Source: Azolla caroliniana (Eukaryota > Plantae > Polypodiophyta). From it: a stretch of DNA of 64,000 nucleotides. This document shows, one piece after another, positions 50,201 to 62,875 of the stretch (positions within the stretch are counted from its first letter, which is position 1; each line of letters starts with the position of its first letter). The position numbers and the translations under genes were made by a program. The notes below the pieces were generated by a model, which saw nothing but the letters and a program-made list of their open reading frames with translations, did not search any database and was not told where the DNA came from. The stretch lies in contig JBHGNT010000013.1 of NCBI GenBank assembly GCA_043228905.1, positions 1,798,001-1,862,000 on the forward strand, written 5' to 3'.

Positions 50201-53200
50201 CATTCACCATTCTATGTTTGAAAACCAAACACCTTAACTGCACATTCAAATTCAAAATACAAAAGTGGCAGGTTACATACCCTTTCCTACTACAGCGACC
50301 CTTCGGTAGAAAACTCCTCCTGGTGGTGTGTATTTCATGTGAATCAGTTTTGCAGGCATTTCTGAGGCATTTGCAACAGCAAGAAAAGCACCCATACCCA
50401 AGGCCTAGAGATACCAAATGCACTTGAGTAATAAAAATTCACTTCGCAAATAGCTTGTATTTTTCCGATAATTCACCTCACAATCATGTTGCTCCAGGAT
50501 TGTTACTGATAGTACATCACTGTGAGCTGTAGCAATGCTCATGGCGACATCAGCAAGAGCAACTGACAAGATTAACCAAAATATTTTAAGTAGTCTGACC
50601 TTTCAGGATTAAACACAATATAATGATAGTGTACCGTAAAAATTACATTGGATACTGTCACACAACTGTGTATTATCCAACCAGTCAAAGAAACTTAAAC
50701 TAATCACTACTAGCAAGCAACAGAAGCAATAGGAAAACAAAAGTTCCTAAAAGAAAACCTGGTGTCATCACGTTGGCTGGAGCTGCCACGAGCTGTTTCG
50801 CTATGATGACTCCCGCTGTAGTGGAAACTGCAGTTGCCAAAGCTTCATCCCGCTCACCTCCAGTCCCAAGAGAAATGATTGTAACAGTTTCCAATCTTGA
50901 TGGCTTTGCCTAAGACATCAAAATTGCAGTTTAGATAGTATGAATAGAAATCTGTAAGTGTGCACAGACATTGCATACAGAAGCATTCTTATTAACTTAG
51001 GTTGCATTCAGCTTTTAAATGCTATCAATTTGCTTTGAGAGAACACCCAAAGTTTCCTAAATAAAGAAATGAGTCAAGAATGATTTAACACCTTTCAACT
51101 GGCTTATTATCATAATAGCCAAAATCCAGAAAAATAAAGCCAAGGAGTAATCATATGTGAACACATTACTGGTTTAACATCATATCTAATTGCCATTATG
51201 TTGAGCTCTGATTTCAATATGTTCAATGGCATTTATGACTACATCTGATTTTCTTCATGAAAGTATTCAGTTTTTTCATGTTTAATTCAAGTTGTGCTCT
51301 TTTTAAATCTTTAATCTTCATTTGTTGATTCTTAGTTCTAATAGATGATTGCCCCTGTTCTGATCATGGCTAGTTATAAAGCATGCACAATCGTCTTTGT
51401 GCATCACGATGTAGAGTTTTTATGTGCAGTTAAAATAATATTGCATTTATAAAGGAAACATTTTAAAGACCCTACCATCATTCCTAGCCTTCCTAATGAT
51501 CTTGCCATGTGTCACCTCGCCATGATGCCAAGTGAACGACACCCACGTGAATGTAACAGGACTTAGGCATCTCAGAGACTCTTGCAAGAGAATGCAACTT
51601 GCAAAAATTCGGTTTACAAAATAAGTAACTAATGCTAATGATGAAGCTTAGTGGTGAGTAATAGGTTTAATTGATGAAGCCATAGAGATATTCTTGGCAA
51701 TAGGCACCAGGAAACTATTAAAGGTAAAATAGTGGCAGGCAGGCAATGACAGAGATCTGGAGCAACTTATTGCCCATTAGAATGAGTTGTGTGAATCTTT
51801 TGTGTGCTTCTCATCAGAGACATTGTAATGTTATTTTGACAGAATGATGAACTGATAAAAAATTCTTGGCAATGAGCATCAGAAAACTATTCAAAGTAAA
51901 ATAGTGGTAGCCAGTGACACAAATCTGGAGCACGCACTTTCCCCTCCTTTATGTTGTGGGAAAACTCTGCTAGAATGAGTTGAGTGAATCTTGTACTTCT
52001 CATCAGAGACATTGGTGTGTTACTTCACATAATGGCTCATGGAGGGAGTATGTGTCTCACATTGAATATTTAAACAAACTTGTATGCATACATCAATTTC
52101 ATAAAGCCCTTAATCGCCGAATTAGTAATGAAACCTCTGCTTTGAATCGTGTATCATCATATGTCCCTAAAATTGCACCAGATGCGATCGCTTCAATTGC
52201 TGCTAACTTGGATTCTTCGGTCATAAAATCTGTATCCACCAGAGCTACTCCTAAAGTACATAGCTGTAACATTATTTTTGTCAATATGGATGATAACAAT
52301 ATTCATAGAGAGAAATAAATTTCCATGTCTGATTGATAACCTTTGATTGTTTAGTCAACCGAGTGGCAGTAGAACCCAAAACACGCCACGAATCAGATGC
52401 ATAAACTGCATCTAGAGAACAGTATGATCTGCCCAATCCCACCAATGCAACCCTAAAACACAAACAGAAATGTCATCATTTGTAGATATTAACAGATCAC
52501 CATTTGTAAAAATTAACAGATCTTTTTTCCATATTTTGCTCTGGCTCACCTTTTGACATTCCCATGAGATAGCCTTACTGTGGAAACTTGACCGAGTAAT
52601 CCTTGAAATTCATCTTCAAACATCTGCAAATTCCAACAAGTTGTATTATACTACATGATCACCTTGTGGAAACTTGACCAAATAATCCTTTACATTCATC
52701 TTCAAACATCTGTGAAGTTCAACAAGCATTATACTCAATGATCACCTACCTATTATATGTCTTTGAAACATCTGCACACTAAATCATCCATACATAATTC
52801 ATAAAAGAAGGGACTAAAATACAGGATTCCTAATTTCTAATTAAATCAGAACTGTGAGAACGTGTGGTCTAGAATATCCTTTTCCTTCTTTTATGTGTAT
52901 GGGTTTCTAGGCATTCCATTCTGATTTCTCTCGCGCTCAGTACATTGAAATTGACACCAGAGCATATATATAAACGGAAAATTAGTACTAATGAAGATAA
53001 ATATTCCCAGGTGACAAGCCACTAAGAAAATATACACACATATAAATGGTATGAGCCACTGTTCCAGATTTTCTACAACAAAATAATAAGCCATCACTCT
53101 TTGGATGATACAAGGAAAATGAATCGAGACATGATTACATAACTTGTACAGTTTCCTCACCTCTCTGATTCCAAATCTGCAAGTCCCTAAGACTTCATGA

Positions 53201-56200
53201 TGGATTCAATACAGAAAATCTATAATGATATCAAACATTCATATTATAGCCCATAGCACCTATACAAGTTTCCTGTCTGACAATAAGTTTATTATCTTGC
53301 TAGTGCACCTAAAAAAAACCTGCATTAGGATGAACTACCAGTTCTTTGAATCGCATATAGCAGTCCTTGGCAGAGGCTCCCTGCACTCCTAGAATCAGGT
53401 GATAACTAAAAATGAAATATCAGAACCAATATTTAACATCACCCTTTCCATGAGATACTCATTTGTAGTCAGCAAAACATTTAATCATTGCTCTGTCGCT
53501 TGCAGAGCAGGACCTTCCAGCAACAAAGTTACAAAACAGTAACATCCCAAAGACAACATATTCCAGTACTTCAAGACATCTATATCAATAAGTATGCGTA
53601 TGCATTTGTGAAGATGCACATAGTCTGTCCAAAACTTACATATACATGATGAAATAAAAATTCTCATGAACATAAGATAAGAAGCTTGGATTAACAACTT
53701 ACTAGCTCATCCAAAACACCATCAAGTTTTAAGTTTAATTCTTCTAGACGAGTGTTGTGGAGTTTTCGATTAATATCACGACCCAAACTGTCCTCAAAAA
53801 GACCAATTACTAGAATGTCACCTTCCCAGTCTGTCACTGGACATTCTTGTGTTTTGATGTCCATCTATTAGGAAAAACACAAAATGAAACATTTAGCTTA
53901 CAAGGAATCATCTGAATTAGTGCATCATCAAAAGTTAATTATAACATTTTTAAAGGAAACTTGAAATTTTCTCGTTAAGTGTCTGCATTTAAATTTGCAT
54001 CCTGAAGCATTCAAGGAATTTTACTTGCGTTCAGAGTTCTGCCTGAGCATGTATAATGACCACTTTACATAAAGGTATTCCACAATATACCTCCTGATTT
54101 AATTAAATACAGTTTCACATCAGAAAAAATCTGATCTCTGAACCAGTTATCAGTAATGTACGTGCATCTTAGATTTGCATTTGAAGAGATCTGCAGATTT
54201 CTAGTTGAACACTTTACACAAACTATAGTCCACATCAGCCTCAAGCTTCATTACAAGATTCAAGAGGCCGAAGTATACAGAACAGTAATGAAGTCAGTGC
54301 AGCTTCACATAATTAGAACTCTAAAATTAAGAGATTCTTCTTCTCTAGGTTGTTTCAACACATATGACATTCATGAAAGCGGTGCATTTCTGGTTATATC
54401 CTGATGCATTAAAGGCTTCCGACATTTGCTTGAGCACATAATCACTTTACATTACACCATTCCACATCAGCTATACTGATTCTCAATCGCAGAGTCCAAA
54501 GTTTCATTGTGAGGTTCTTCCAACATTTATGGACCGTTCTTCGTGGTAAAAAACTGTGAAAAACACTGCCATCTCATTTCGATACAAACTTTTATCAAAC
54601 GTTGTGACAAACACAAAGCAATAGCACATTATGAAACATTTTTTGAAATTTAAATAGGAAACCGTATACAAATGCAAGAAGAAGATGAAAGTTCTGCACA
54701 AAAATCAAAGAATGAAGAATGACAGAAAGAAGATACAAATGAAGGAGAAACACACAACTCTGTACAAAATGCAAGAGACAGAAATGAAGATGAGGAATGA
54801 CAGAAAGATGAAGGAGTAAAGAATTTGCAAAAAATGCAATAAGGAAGACCGAGAGTTGAAGATGATGATGAAAGTAGGAAATGCACGATATGCGAGAAAG
54901 ATAAGACGATGAAGAGGAAAGAGAAAAGAATCTCTGTGTAAAATGCAAGAAGCAAGAAAGAAAAAGACGAAGATGAAAAAGATTTCAAACACAGAATGCA
55001 AGACACCTAAGAAAGATAATGAAGATGACAAAGACAAGGAAGGGGAAACGATTTCTATCAACTGAGTGCAAGATGAAAGAGAAGATGAATGACATAAAAA
55101 GAAAGAGAAACGGATGTATGTGTAAAAGGATTTCCGATATAAAATTCAAGAAGAAAGATTGTTGTCGAAAATACAAGAAGAAATAAAGAAAATGAAGATG
55201 CAGAAGAAAGACAAAAGGATTCCTGTACAAAATGCAAGAAAGAAAGAAAGAAGGATATCTGTACAGAAAGAAAAGGGGAACAAAAATGAGACTTGTATCC
55301 ACAACTTTAGAAACAGGAACGGATGTCTGTACAGAACGACAGGAGGAAGGTGATGATGAATGAGAAACAAATTATGAGACTTAACTCTACGTCACTGGAA
55401 AAAGTAAGAAAAGATTTCTGTACGCAATGAAAGGAATGAAGGATAAATACAGCGAGAAAATAAAACGGAAGAAAGAGAATTGAAAGACTTAGTTCTGAGA
55501 CAAGAAAAGCATTTCTATAGAAAATGCAAGAACGGAGACATGAGGAAAATGAAGCTGAGGACATCAGAAAGAGGAACAGATTTCTGTACAGAACGCAAGA
55601 AGCAAGACATGAAGAATAAAGAGGAATGAATTATGCAGACAATACCTATCGGACATATGAAAAAGGAAAGGGAATTATGTACAATATGCGAGATAGAAAG
55701 ACAGAAAGGAAGAAGATGAAACAGACGCGAAAGAGAGCGAGAGAGAGTTACTAGCTGACATAAGGAAAACAAAGGATCTTGGTACAAAATGCAAGAAGCA
55801 AGAACGATAGAGATGAGGGAGAACTGATTTGTAAGATTCGCATCTACGACATCCAATCGAGAAAAGAATTTGTACACAAACTGCAAGTAGAATGGAAGCC
55901 AGAAAATGATGGAGAAAGAGAAGTGAGAAACTTGCCTCCACAACATCACGAAAAGAAAAGGATTTCGAGATGAGGGAGAACTGAATTGTGAGATTCGCAT
56001 CTATGACATCCAATCGAGAAAAGAATTTGTACACAAACTGCAACAAGAATGTAAGCTGGAAGATGATGGAGAAACAGAAGAAAGAGAAGTGAGAAACTTG
56101 CCTACATAACATCACGAAAAGAAAAGGATTTCTGTACCAAATGCAGGAAAGAAGACATAGAAGAAAGAGAAATGAAATGAGACTTAGCTCTACGATATCA

Positions 56201-56778
56201 AAAAAAAAAAAATCAGTCCTGTACAAAGTGCAGGAGGATAGACAGACAAAAGACGAGGATGAATAAATGAGAGCTTACCTATGCAATAGCAGACCTGACA
56301 TTACAAAATGCAAGAGCGGAAGATGATGATGAAGAAGAAGGGGGAGAGTAAATGAGAGACTACAAAATTCAAGAGAGGAAGACAGATGAACGAACGTGAG
56401 AAATCCGAGACATACCTGGGAGAAATAGGCCCTGTACAAAAATGCAAGAAAAGGAAGGACGAAAGGAAGAAAGGGAAATGAGAAACTTACCTCGTAGAAC
56501 TCAAGCCTGTACAAAATGTACGAAATGAAGAATAGAAATGGAAATTAACGATTGAAAACGAGGAAGAAACGATCAGAGACAAAACGTTACAAAAAAATGC
56601 AAGAAAAGAGAGAGAAAGAAACGAAATTACAGAACGAATGATGAGAGAGGGAGAGAGGGAGAGATTGAACTCTCCAACATAGCAACGGAGAGCTTACCTG
56701 TGCGACATCGGGTGGAGAGTTCCTGGTGAGGCCTAGGGTTTGAGCTCCGTCGAAGTAGTGGCGAGACATGGCAGCCAT
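47260..56778 (-). CDS. LAP: M17 leucyl aminopeptidase, 537 aa, no obvious transit peptide
   Basis: Exons 56778-56698, 53864-53703, 52623-52550, 52452-52341, 52263-52135, 50909-50759, 50562-50477, 50404-50281, 50110-49968, 48544-48449, 48361-48284, 48174-48114, 48030-47937, 47575-47482, 47388-47260 = 1614 nt in frame; one GC-AG intron. Motifs [57 protein letters not shown]. Confidence 0.93.
48766..49301. repeat. ~267-bp tandem duplication in LAP intron 9
   Basis: AGACATGCCATGTAGATCCTCTCATACCCTAGA...CTTCCCCCTCTG occurs twice. Confidence 0.9.
52663..52771 (-). other. Two degenerate tandem copies of LAP exon 3 with AG/GT borders
   Basis: 52709-52663 (47 nt, [15 protein letters not shown]+AG) and 52771-52746 (26 nt, MFQRHIIG+AG). 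Confidence 0.7.
54650..56690. repeat. Purine-rich (plus strand) degenerate repeat region in LAP intron 1
   Basis: Recurrent TGTACAAAATGCAAGAAG and GAGA(A)ACTT(A/G) motifs; ~155-bp duplication near 55810-56130. Confidence 0.8.
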
Positions 56779-58384
56779 GAGCAGGGAAGAGGAAGACAAA
56801 GAAACGGAAAAGAGAGAGAGAGCGAGAGAGAGAAAGGCGTCCTGCTTTCTTTTCCTCTGACTACTGGACTGCGGGCTTCGGTAAGTCTTCGTCTTGGTCG
56901 TCTGTCTCTGTCTGTCTGTCTGTCTGTCTGTCTCTGTGCGTCGTGTTGTTTGGCGATGGAACCTTTGGAAGGAACGAAAAAGAATGGAATAATAATGACG
57001 CACGTAAGCAGAGCAAGCAAGTAAGCATTGAGAGAGAAAGAGAAAGGGAGGAGGAGGTGGTGGAAAGAAGACAGCAGTCGCGCTCTCGCTTTTATATATA
57101 TATATATATATACATTACACATATACAAACAAATAAACGTAGTACAGTAGTATTGCATAGATAGAGTCAATGCCCCAAGCGCATCTAAAACCTGCATTAT
57201 AAATATTATTATTATTATGATTCTTATTATTACAATTTATTTATTTTTTACAAATTTTGTTTTTATTACTAGTATTATTATTATCAATACTATTACTATT
57301 ATTAATGTTGTTCACGAATCATGCATCTGTTATTTACTATTTATTATTTATTTCGTTTTACCCCCCCCCCCCCCCCCTTTCAAAAACTTGCATGCCCTCC
57401 TTTCTTCGTTAACCCATTGAGAGATACATTCCGTCCTGTTTTTTGAAGCTAGTTGTGGCATGCAACCATCTCGCTAACCTTGGTGTACATATATGTTTCT
57501 TTTTGCCTTTGTCCCAATAGTTTCGATAGCCATCCTTCGTCAGAAGTGTGGTCCACACTGGTGATGACGGCAATCTATGGTATAAGGCTCAATTCGCACA
57601 ACGTTTGGAGGACGTTAAGTTGCATCACATTCTTTTTGTCTTTGCTTTGAAAGGAAGCCTTCTCGATGCCATGCCTCCCATGATTGGGCCCATTCGATCC
57701 TAAAGGTTTCTTTTGTGGCTGTTGCCACAAAATGGGTGGGTTTGATGTAGAAAAGAAAGAGAAATGTTGCTTCTTTAGCTACTTAGAGTGAATTAGCCAT
57801 TCAATTTCAACACCTCTAATGGATTTGACAATGTATATATCTTCTTGCTTTGTCATATTGTGATTGACCTGTGAAGTCCTCCATTGAACTGATAGTTAAC
57901 ATCTCAAAAAGGATCAAGAATGCATTGATTAATTCATATTTGCAAGAACTCAATACATTTTCTTTCCTTCTTTGCACAAACCATTTGTTCAATGTGTTGT
58001 CCCCTAGTCATGAGAGTACCTCTCTTTTTATATCATGAATGAATGATGGAATTGAGTAATTTGCACTAGTATGGAACCTCCATGTGTTCGTTCCTCTTAT
58101 GGGTTGTTCTTTTTCTTTGCAAACAAAAATGACATGATGCAAGGCATAACACCGATAATCCTTATTCATGTGGCCTATATTACTTGTAACAAAAGACATG
58201 CTATACTTGGAAGTTCTTCAATATGTATTTGCCATCCTCTTCAGAACATCTAGGAGATTTCATGCGACAAAGGGTGTCGAAGGACTAGATGTGTTTATAG
58301 TACCTACTAAGGCAATGATAGCCAGAGTAGTACCCTATATTTAATTAAATGTTTGGCTAAGAAGGCCATATCAATCACAGAAAG

Positions 58385-58470
58385 AAGAAAGATATATTAA
58401 TGTCTTCTAAGGCCAAATTTGGCCCATGAGACAATTGGTGTACAACGAAATAGGGTATTTACCCAATCAT
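58385..58470 (-). mobile_element. Fragment homologous to the 3' region of the 43.7-46.5 kb LINE
   Basis: Reverse complement matches ~46150-46225 (GGGTAAAT...AACCAATTGTCTCATGGGCCAA.TTTGGCCTTAGAAGAC.TTAATAT). Confidence 0.75.
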
Positions 58471-58991
58471 AAAAAATTGAGCACCCGCATCTTCTCTTCT
58501 CTTCGAGGAGCAATGTGTTGTGCTAATTTGTCAAAAACAAAGTGAAGGATTGACCAACCGAACACATGTTTCATTGGCGCAATACAACTCAGGTATGAGC
58601 CCATCCAAATTGACATATAGAGCAAGACAACAAGACAGCAGCAAGTATGGATATAATATACATAAAACATATGACCCGCCCGAAAACCAAACTTCCTAGC
58701 AGGCAAAGGCAAAGCGGGAACTCTCCACACGCGACAAGCGTGTTTGGGTGCGGAGGACTACTCTTCTTTGTGTTTGTGAACAAAGAAAGGGCTATTAGTA
58801 TTGAGGAGAATGGGAATGGATATGGTTTCTCTCCTTTGATCAGAAAGAAGTTCACATATGTACATATATGATATATGTATGATATTACCAATCTTCTCCC
58901 ATGAAGTATCTCAAGAAGCATCCTAAGATGTGCAGAAGAAACAGAGCACCATACAGTATCGCGAGCATCAGACGCTTTGTTTCTGACGAAG

Positions 58992-61757
58992 ATGGCGCTG
59001 AGTTTAGACCAAGCCCTCCTGTTTCTACAGAGAGATACAGAGGTCCCATCTCTAGATATGCTTATCTTTACCCTCAGGAAGTGCAGAAAAGAGAAAAACC
59101 TCACTTGTGCCAGGAAAGTACAGACCATTGCTTATGAAAGTGGATTTGATTCACATGCGATGCTTGGTAACTTCACTGTACCTATGTTTGTCGAATGTGG
59201 AAGCATTGGAGATGCCCAACAAGTGTTCTACAGAGTATTGCCGCATCCTAATGAACACTCCTGGAGCTCCCTCATACAAGGTTATAGTGAATATGGTGAC
59301 CCGCACCATGCTTTTAGCCTATTCCAAGAGATGCAGAATGCTCTTATTGTGCCTAGTTTGTATACATATGTGGCCCTTCTCAAGGCTTGTGGGAGAACAA
59401 GGTCGAGAAATGGTCGAGAAAAGTGTCTAGAAATCCATTTAGATGTTTTGAAGCGAGGGTTTGATGAAGAACCTTTTGTTGGACACCAATTAGTGGATAT
59501 GTATGCTAAATGTAGTTTGCTTCTAGAAGCAAAAAATCTTTTTGATTGGATTGGAAGCCATGATGTTGTATCATGGACATCACTTCTAACAAGATATGTT
59601 GAACATGGTCACAACGAAGAAGCTCTACGTTTCTTTCAAGAAATGAAGATGCGAGATGTATTGCCGAATGATGTGACTTTTGTATGCCTTGTGAAATCAT
59701 GTAGCAACTTGGGTGCCATAAATGAGGGACGAAATTTCCATGCCGAGATCATCAAAGAGGGATTTGAAGGAAATAACTATATTGGCAATATCTTGTTAGA
59801 TTTTTACGTCAAGTGTGGTTCACTTGTTGAAGCTCAAGAAGTTTTTGATGACCTTTTGGCTCGTGATACAGTCTCCTGGACATCACTCATTGCAGGTTAT
59901 GTTGAACTTGGCTTCGGAGATGAAGCTTTGAATTGTCTAGATAAAATGGATCTAGAGGGCATACAACCAAACTTGGTAACATATGCATATGGTGTAAAAG
60001 CTTGTTGCAATGCGGGGGCAATTGATAGAGGAAAGATTTTGCACGTTGCAATTGTCAAGAAGGGACTTGAAGAAGATGAGCTTGTTAGTAGTTCATTGGT
60101 GGATTTCTATTCAAGATGTGGTATGTTAAACGAAGCACGAGCAGTGTTTGATGATTTGCATGTTCGGAATGTTGTCTTGTGGACAACATTGATAGGAGGA
60201 TATGCAGAGCATGGGCTTGGTAAAGAGGCATTGTCTTGTTTCACACTTATGCAGCTCGAGGATGTGGATGCTGATGAGGTTATGTTTGTGTGCATCTTGA
60301 AAGTATGTGGACAGTTACGTTTGATAGAAAGAGGCTTATCTATCCATGCTGAGATTGTGCGGGATGGGTTTGATAACGATAGTTATGTAGGGAGTTCTTT
60401 GATTGACATGTATGCCAAATGTGGCTTTCTTGTAGAGGCACAAGATCTATTGAATGAGTTACAGGTTCAATCTCTCATCTCTTGGACTGCACTCATGGGT
60501 GGATATGTCGAGTATGGATATGGTAAGGAGGCTCTTGCATGTATTTCAGAAATGCGATTACAAGGTTTGTTTCCAAATTCCATAACATTAATGTATGCCT
60601 TGAAAGCTTGTATGATTGTACCATCCATAAAGGATGGACAAGAGTTTCACATGGATCTTGTTAAGATTGGGTTTGAAAAGGATTCTTTCATTTCTAGTGC
60701 ACTAGTAGAGATGTATGCAAAATGTGGGTATCTCATGGAATTCCAAAAGGTATTCAATGAAGTTCCGAGGAGAGACATAGTCCTTTGGAATGCATTGATT
60801 GTGGGTTATATAGAATGCAAGCTTCATGAAGAAGCGCTGAGGAGTTTAAAGCAGATGCAAATAGAGGGAGTCGAGGCAGATGTAGCTTCGTGGAACACTC
60901 TATTCTTGGGTTTCTCAGAACATGGTGAATATGATAAGGTTCATGAACTATATACACGAATGCTTGATCAAGCACTTTTACCAGATAGCACAAGCTTTGT
61001 GGGAGTGTTAAAAGCATGTGGAAACAAAGCTACTTTAAGGCTCGGGCGAATAATCCATGCACAAATTGATGGTATAAATGAGCTGGATTCAGGCGGATTA
61101 ATCATTGGGGCAGCATTGGTAGATATGTATTGCAAATGTGGAAGTATGGAGGATGCTTTACTAGTGTTCCGTGAAATGCCAAAAAAAGATATCGTGGTTT
61201 GGTCTACTCTTCTAGCTGGCTATGCTCGGCATGGAGAAAGTGAACATGTCTTGGGGTTGTTTGAGGAAATGAGGTTGGAAAAGATAAAGCCAGACGAATA
61301 CACGTTTTTGAGCGTCCTTACCGCATGTAGTCATGCTGGTCACATGAACAGGGGTTTAACATATTTCGAAATGATGAGTAGAGAGTATGGCATCATACCA
61401 AATGTGGTGCATCAAAATTGTATTATAGATATGTTTAGTCGAGCAGGGAAACTGGGGGAAGCGATGGTTCTTATGCGAAACATGCCTTTCCAACCCGACC
61501 TTGTGACGTGGAAAACAGTATTGCAAGGTTGTCATCGCAGCGCTAGTTTAGAACTTGGACAATGGGTTTTTGAGCATGTATCACATTTAGGTGAAAATGA
61601 TGGTGCAGCTTTCACATTGATGTCAAATATCTATGCAGATGCCAGCATGCATCATGATGTAACGGAGAAGAAAGAACAACATGACCTTGTTTTACATGAT
61701 GTTGGGCACGATCAGTATCTTGCGATTTTGTCTGGCCTAATTAATGATGACACATGA
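58992..61757 (+). CDS. PLS-class pentatricopeptide repeat protein with E domain, no DYW (921 aa); candidate organellar RNA-editing specificity factor
   Basis: Intronless ORF, first ATG 58992. Repeated P-L-S triplets (VVSWTSLL..Y / PNDVTFVCLVKSC / LVDMYAKCG), L2/S2 (FLSVLTACSHAG, HQNCIIDMFSRAG), E motif MPFQPDLVTWKTVLQGC...LMSNIYA, then stop. Confidence 0.93.
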   Translation: MALSLDQALLFLQRDTEVPSLDMLIFTLRKCRKEKNLTCARKVQTIAYESGFDSHAMLGNFTVPMFVECGSIGDAQQVFYRVLPHPNEHSWSSLIQGYSEYGDPHHAFSLFQEMQNALIVPSLYTYVALLKACGRTRSRNGREKCLEIHLDVLKRGFDEEPFVGHQLVDMYAKCSLLLEAKNLFDWIGSHDVVSWTSLLTRYVEHGHNEEALRFFQEMKMRDVLPNDVTFVCLVKSCSNLGAINEGRNFHAEIIKEGFEGNNYIGNILLDFYVKCGSLVEAQEVFDDLLARDTVSWTSLIAGYVELGFGDEALNCLDKMDLEGIQPNLVTYAYGVKACCNAGAIDRGKILHVAIVKKGLEEDELVSSSLVDFYSRCGMLNEARAVFDDLHVRNVVLWTTLIGGYAEHGLGKEALSCFTLMQLEDVDADEVMFVCILKVCGQLRLIERGLSIHAEIVRDGFDNDSYVGSSLIDMYAKCGFLVEAQDLLNELQVQSLISWTALMGGYVEYGYGKEALACISEMRLQGLFPNSITLMYALKACMIVPSIKDGQEFHMDLVKIGFEKDSFISSALVEMYAKCGYLMEFQKVFNEVPRRDIVLWNALIVGYIECKLHEEALRSLKQMQIEGVEADVASWNTLFLGFSEHGEYDKVHELYTRMLDQALLPDSTSFVGVLKACGNKATLRLGRIIHAQIDGINELDSGGLIIGAALVDMYCKCGSMEDALLVFREMPKKDIVVWSTLLAGYARHGESEHVLGLFEEMRLEKIKPDEYTFLSVLTACSHAGHMNRGLTYFEMMSREYGIIPNVVHQNCIIDMFSRAGKLGEAMVLMRNMPFQPDLVTWKTVLQGCHRSASLELGQWVFEHVSHLGENDGAAFTLMSNIYADASMHHDVTEKKEQHDLVLHDVGHDQYLAILSGLINDDT

Positions 61758-62875
61758 AGTAGTATGAGGAGAGATTGAACCTTTAGCTCGTGAATGCCTA
61801 CATTGATAATTATGGGTTGGTCATAGAACTTAAAGGGAAAATTGCCCTTATGTGTGAGCTCTCCCTCTTGCTCAGAGTTACCTTCTTGATCTCATCTCTA
61901 CTAGTTGGAAGCATCCTACCTGCAAAATTAACCGCCATATCCAATTATGATATGAACACGGATATTTGTCATAGCTTGGGAGTTATTGGTTGGGTAGAGA
62001 GTATGTTTCATTGCTCCCCACTTCTTTAAATTTAATTTATTTGTTAATTTCATGGATTCAAAGTTCTTTGATCCGGATAAAGTGATGCCAATGTGTATTG
62101 CTGTATATTTAATTGGATTAATGCAAGAATGCAATGGATACAGATGGAATAGACACTTGTATGTTTTCAAAGATAGATTGTATCCCTACGGGCAGGGATG
62201 TATGTGCAACTACAAGCTTCATGAAGTAAACTTTATGCATTGGCTATATACAGATAGATAGATAGATAAAGGAGGTTTGTCATTTCAGATATGGAGGTCA
62301 AGTGGTTTTAAAACTCCTGAAATGCCAAAAGCAATCCGTTTCTTGTGTGAACAGGACCTATCCTATGAGGTACAAAACTCCAATGGTAAGAATCAATCTC
62401 TAAATGCATAACTTCTTGTAGTTTTATGGGGCTTCTGCATGCGTTCCTTCAAATTGGACCTATATCCATTCTGGTTCTAACTCGAATAAGCCCATTCCAA
62501 AACTGTATATGGGATTTCCATCTCATATGGCTCCTCCCACCTAAAGTATGAGGGTAGTAGTAATATTCGAAATAAATTGATTATTCCTACCCCTAACCTG
62601 TAATTGAGTGGGAGCTAGTGTGTTGTAAAATTAGTACCTAACCATGCTTGCAAAAATTGCCCAGGCAAGCAACTAGGAAGAATGAGAGAAACTCCTCCCT
62701 TGTCCATATCAATGCCCAAAGAATTGTATAAAAAATATATAAAACTGAATTATCATTTTAGAGCATTATCTGATGTGATGCAACATCAATTATAACAAAA
62801 ACTTGTAGTTGTTGAATATCAAAAATGGATTTTGAAATTTATTACCATTCTGAATGAAAGGTGTTGTTAACAAAT

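Noticed and set aside
54504-56514. Many Phe/Leu/Ser-rich minus-strand ORFs resembling membrane proteins
   Set aside because: They are translations of the pyrimidine-rich strand of a low-complexity repeat inside LAP intron 1, open in several frames with no domain signal.
56779-57003. N-terminal transit-peptide extension of LAP
   Set aside because: The extended ORF starts at GTG and is built from (GACA)n and CT microsatellites; there is no upstream in-frame ATG.
2474-61757. Functional cluster of organelle/RNA-processing genes (MRL7, PRP38, LAP, PPR)
   Set aside because: The pathways are unrelated, orientations are mixed and PPR genes are very abundant in such genomes, so adjacency is uninformative.
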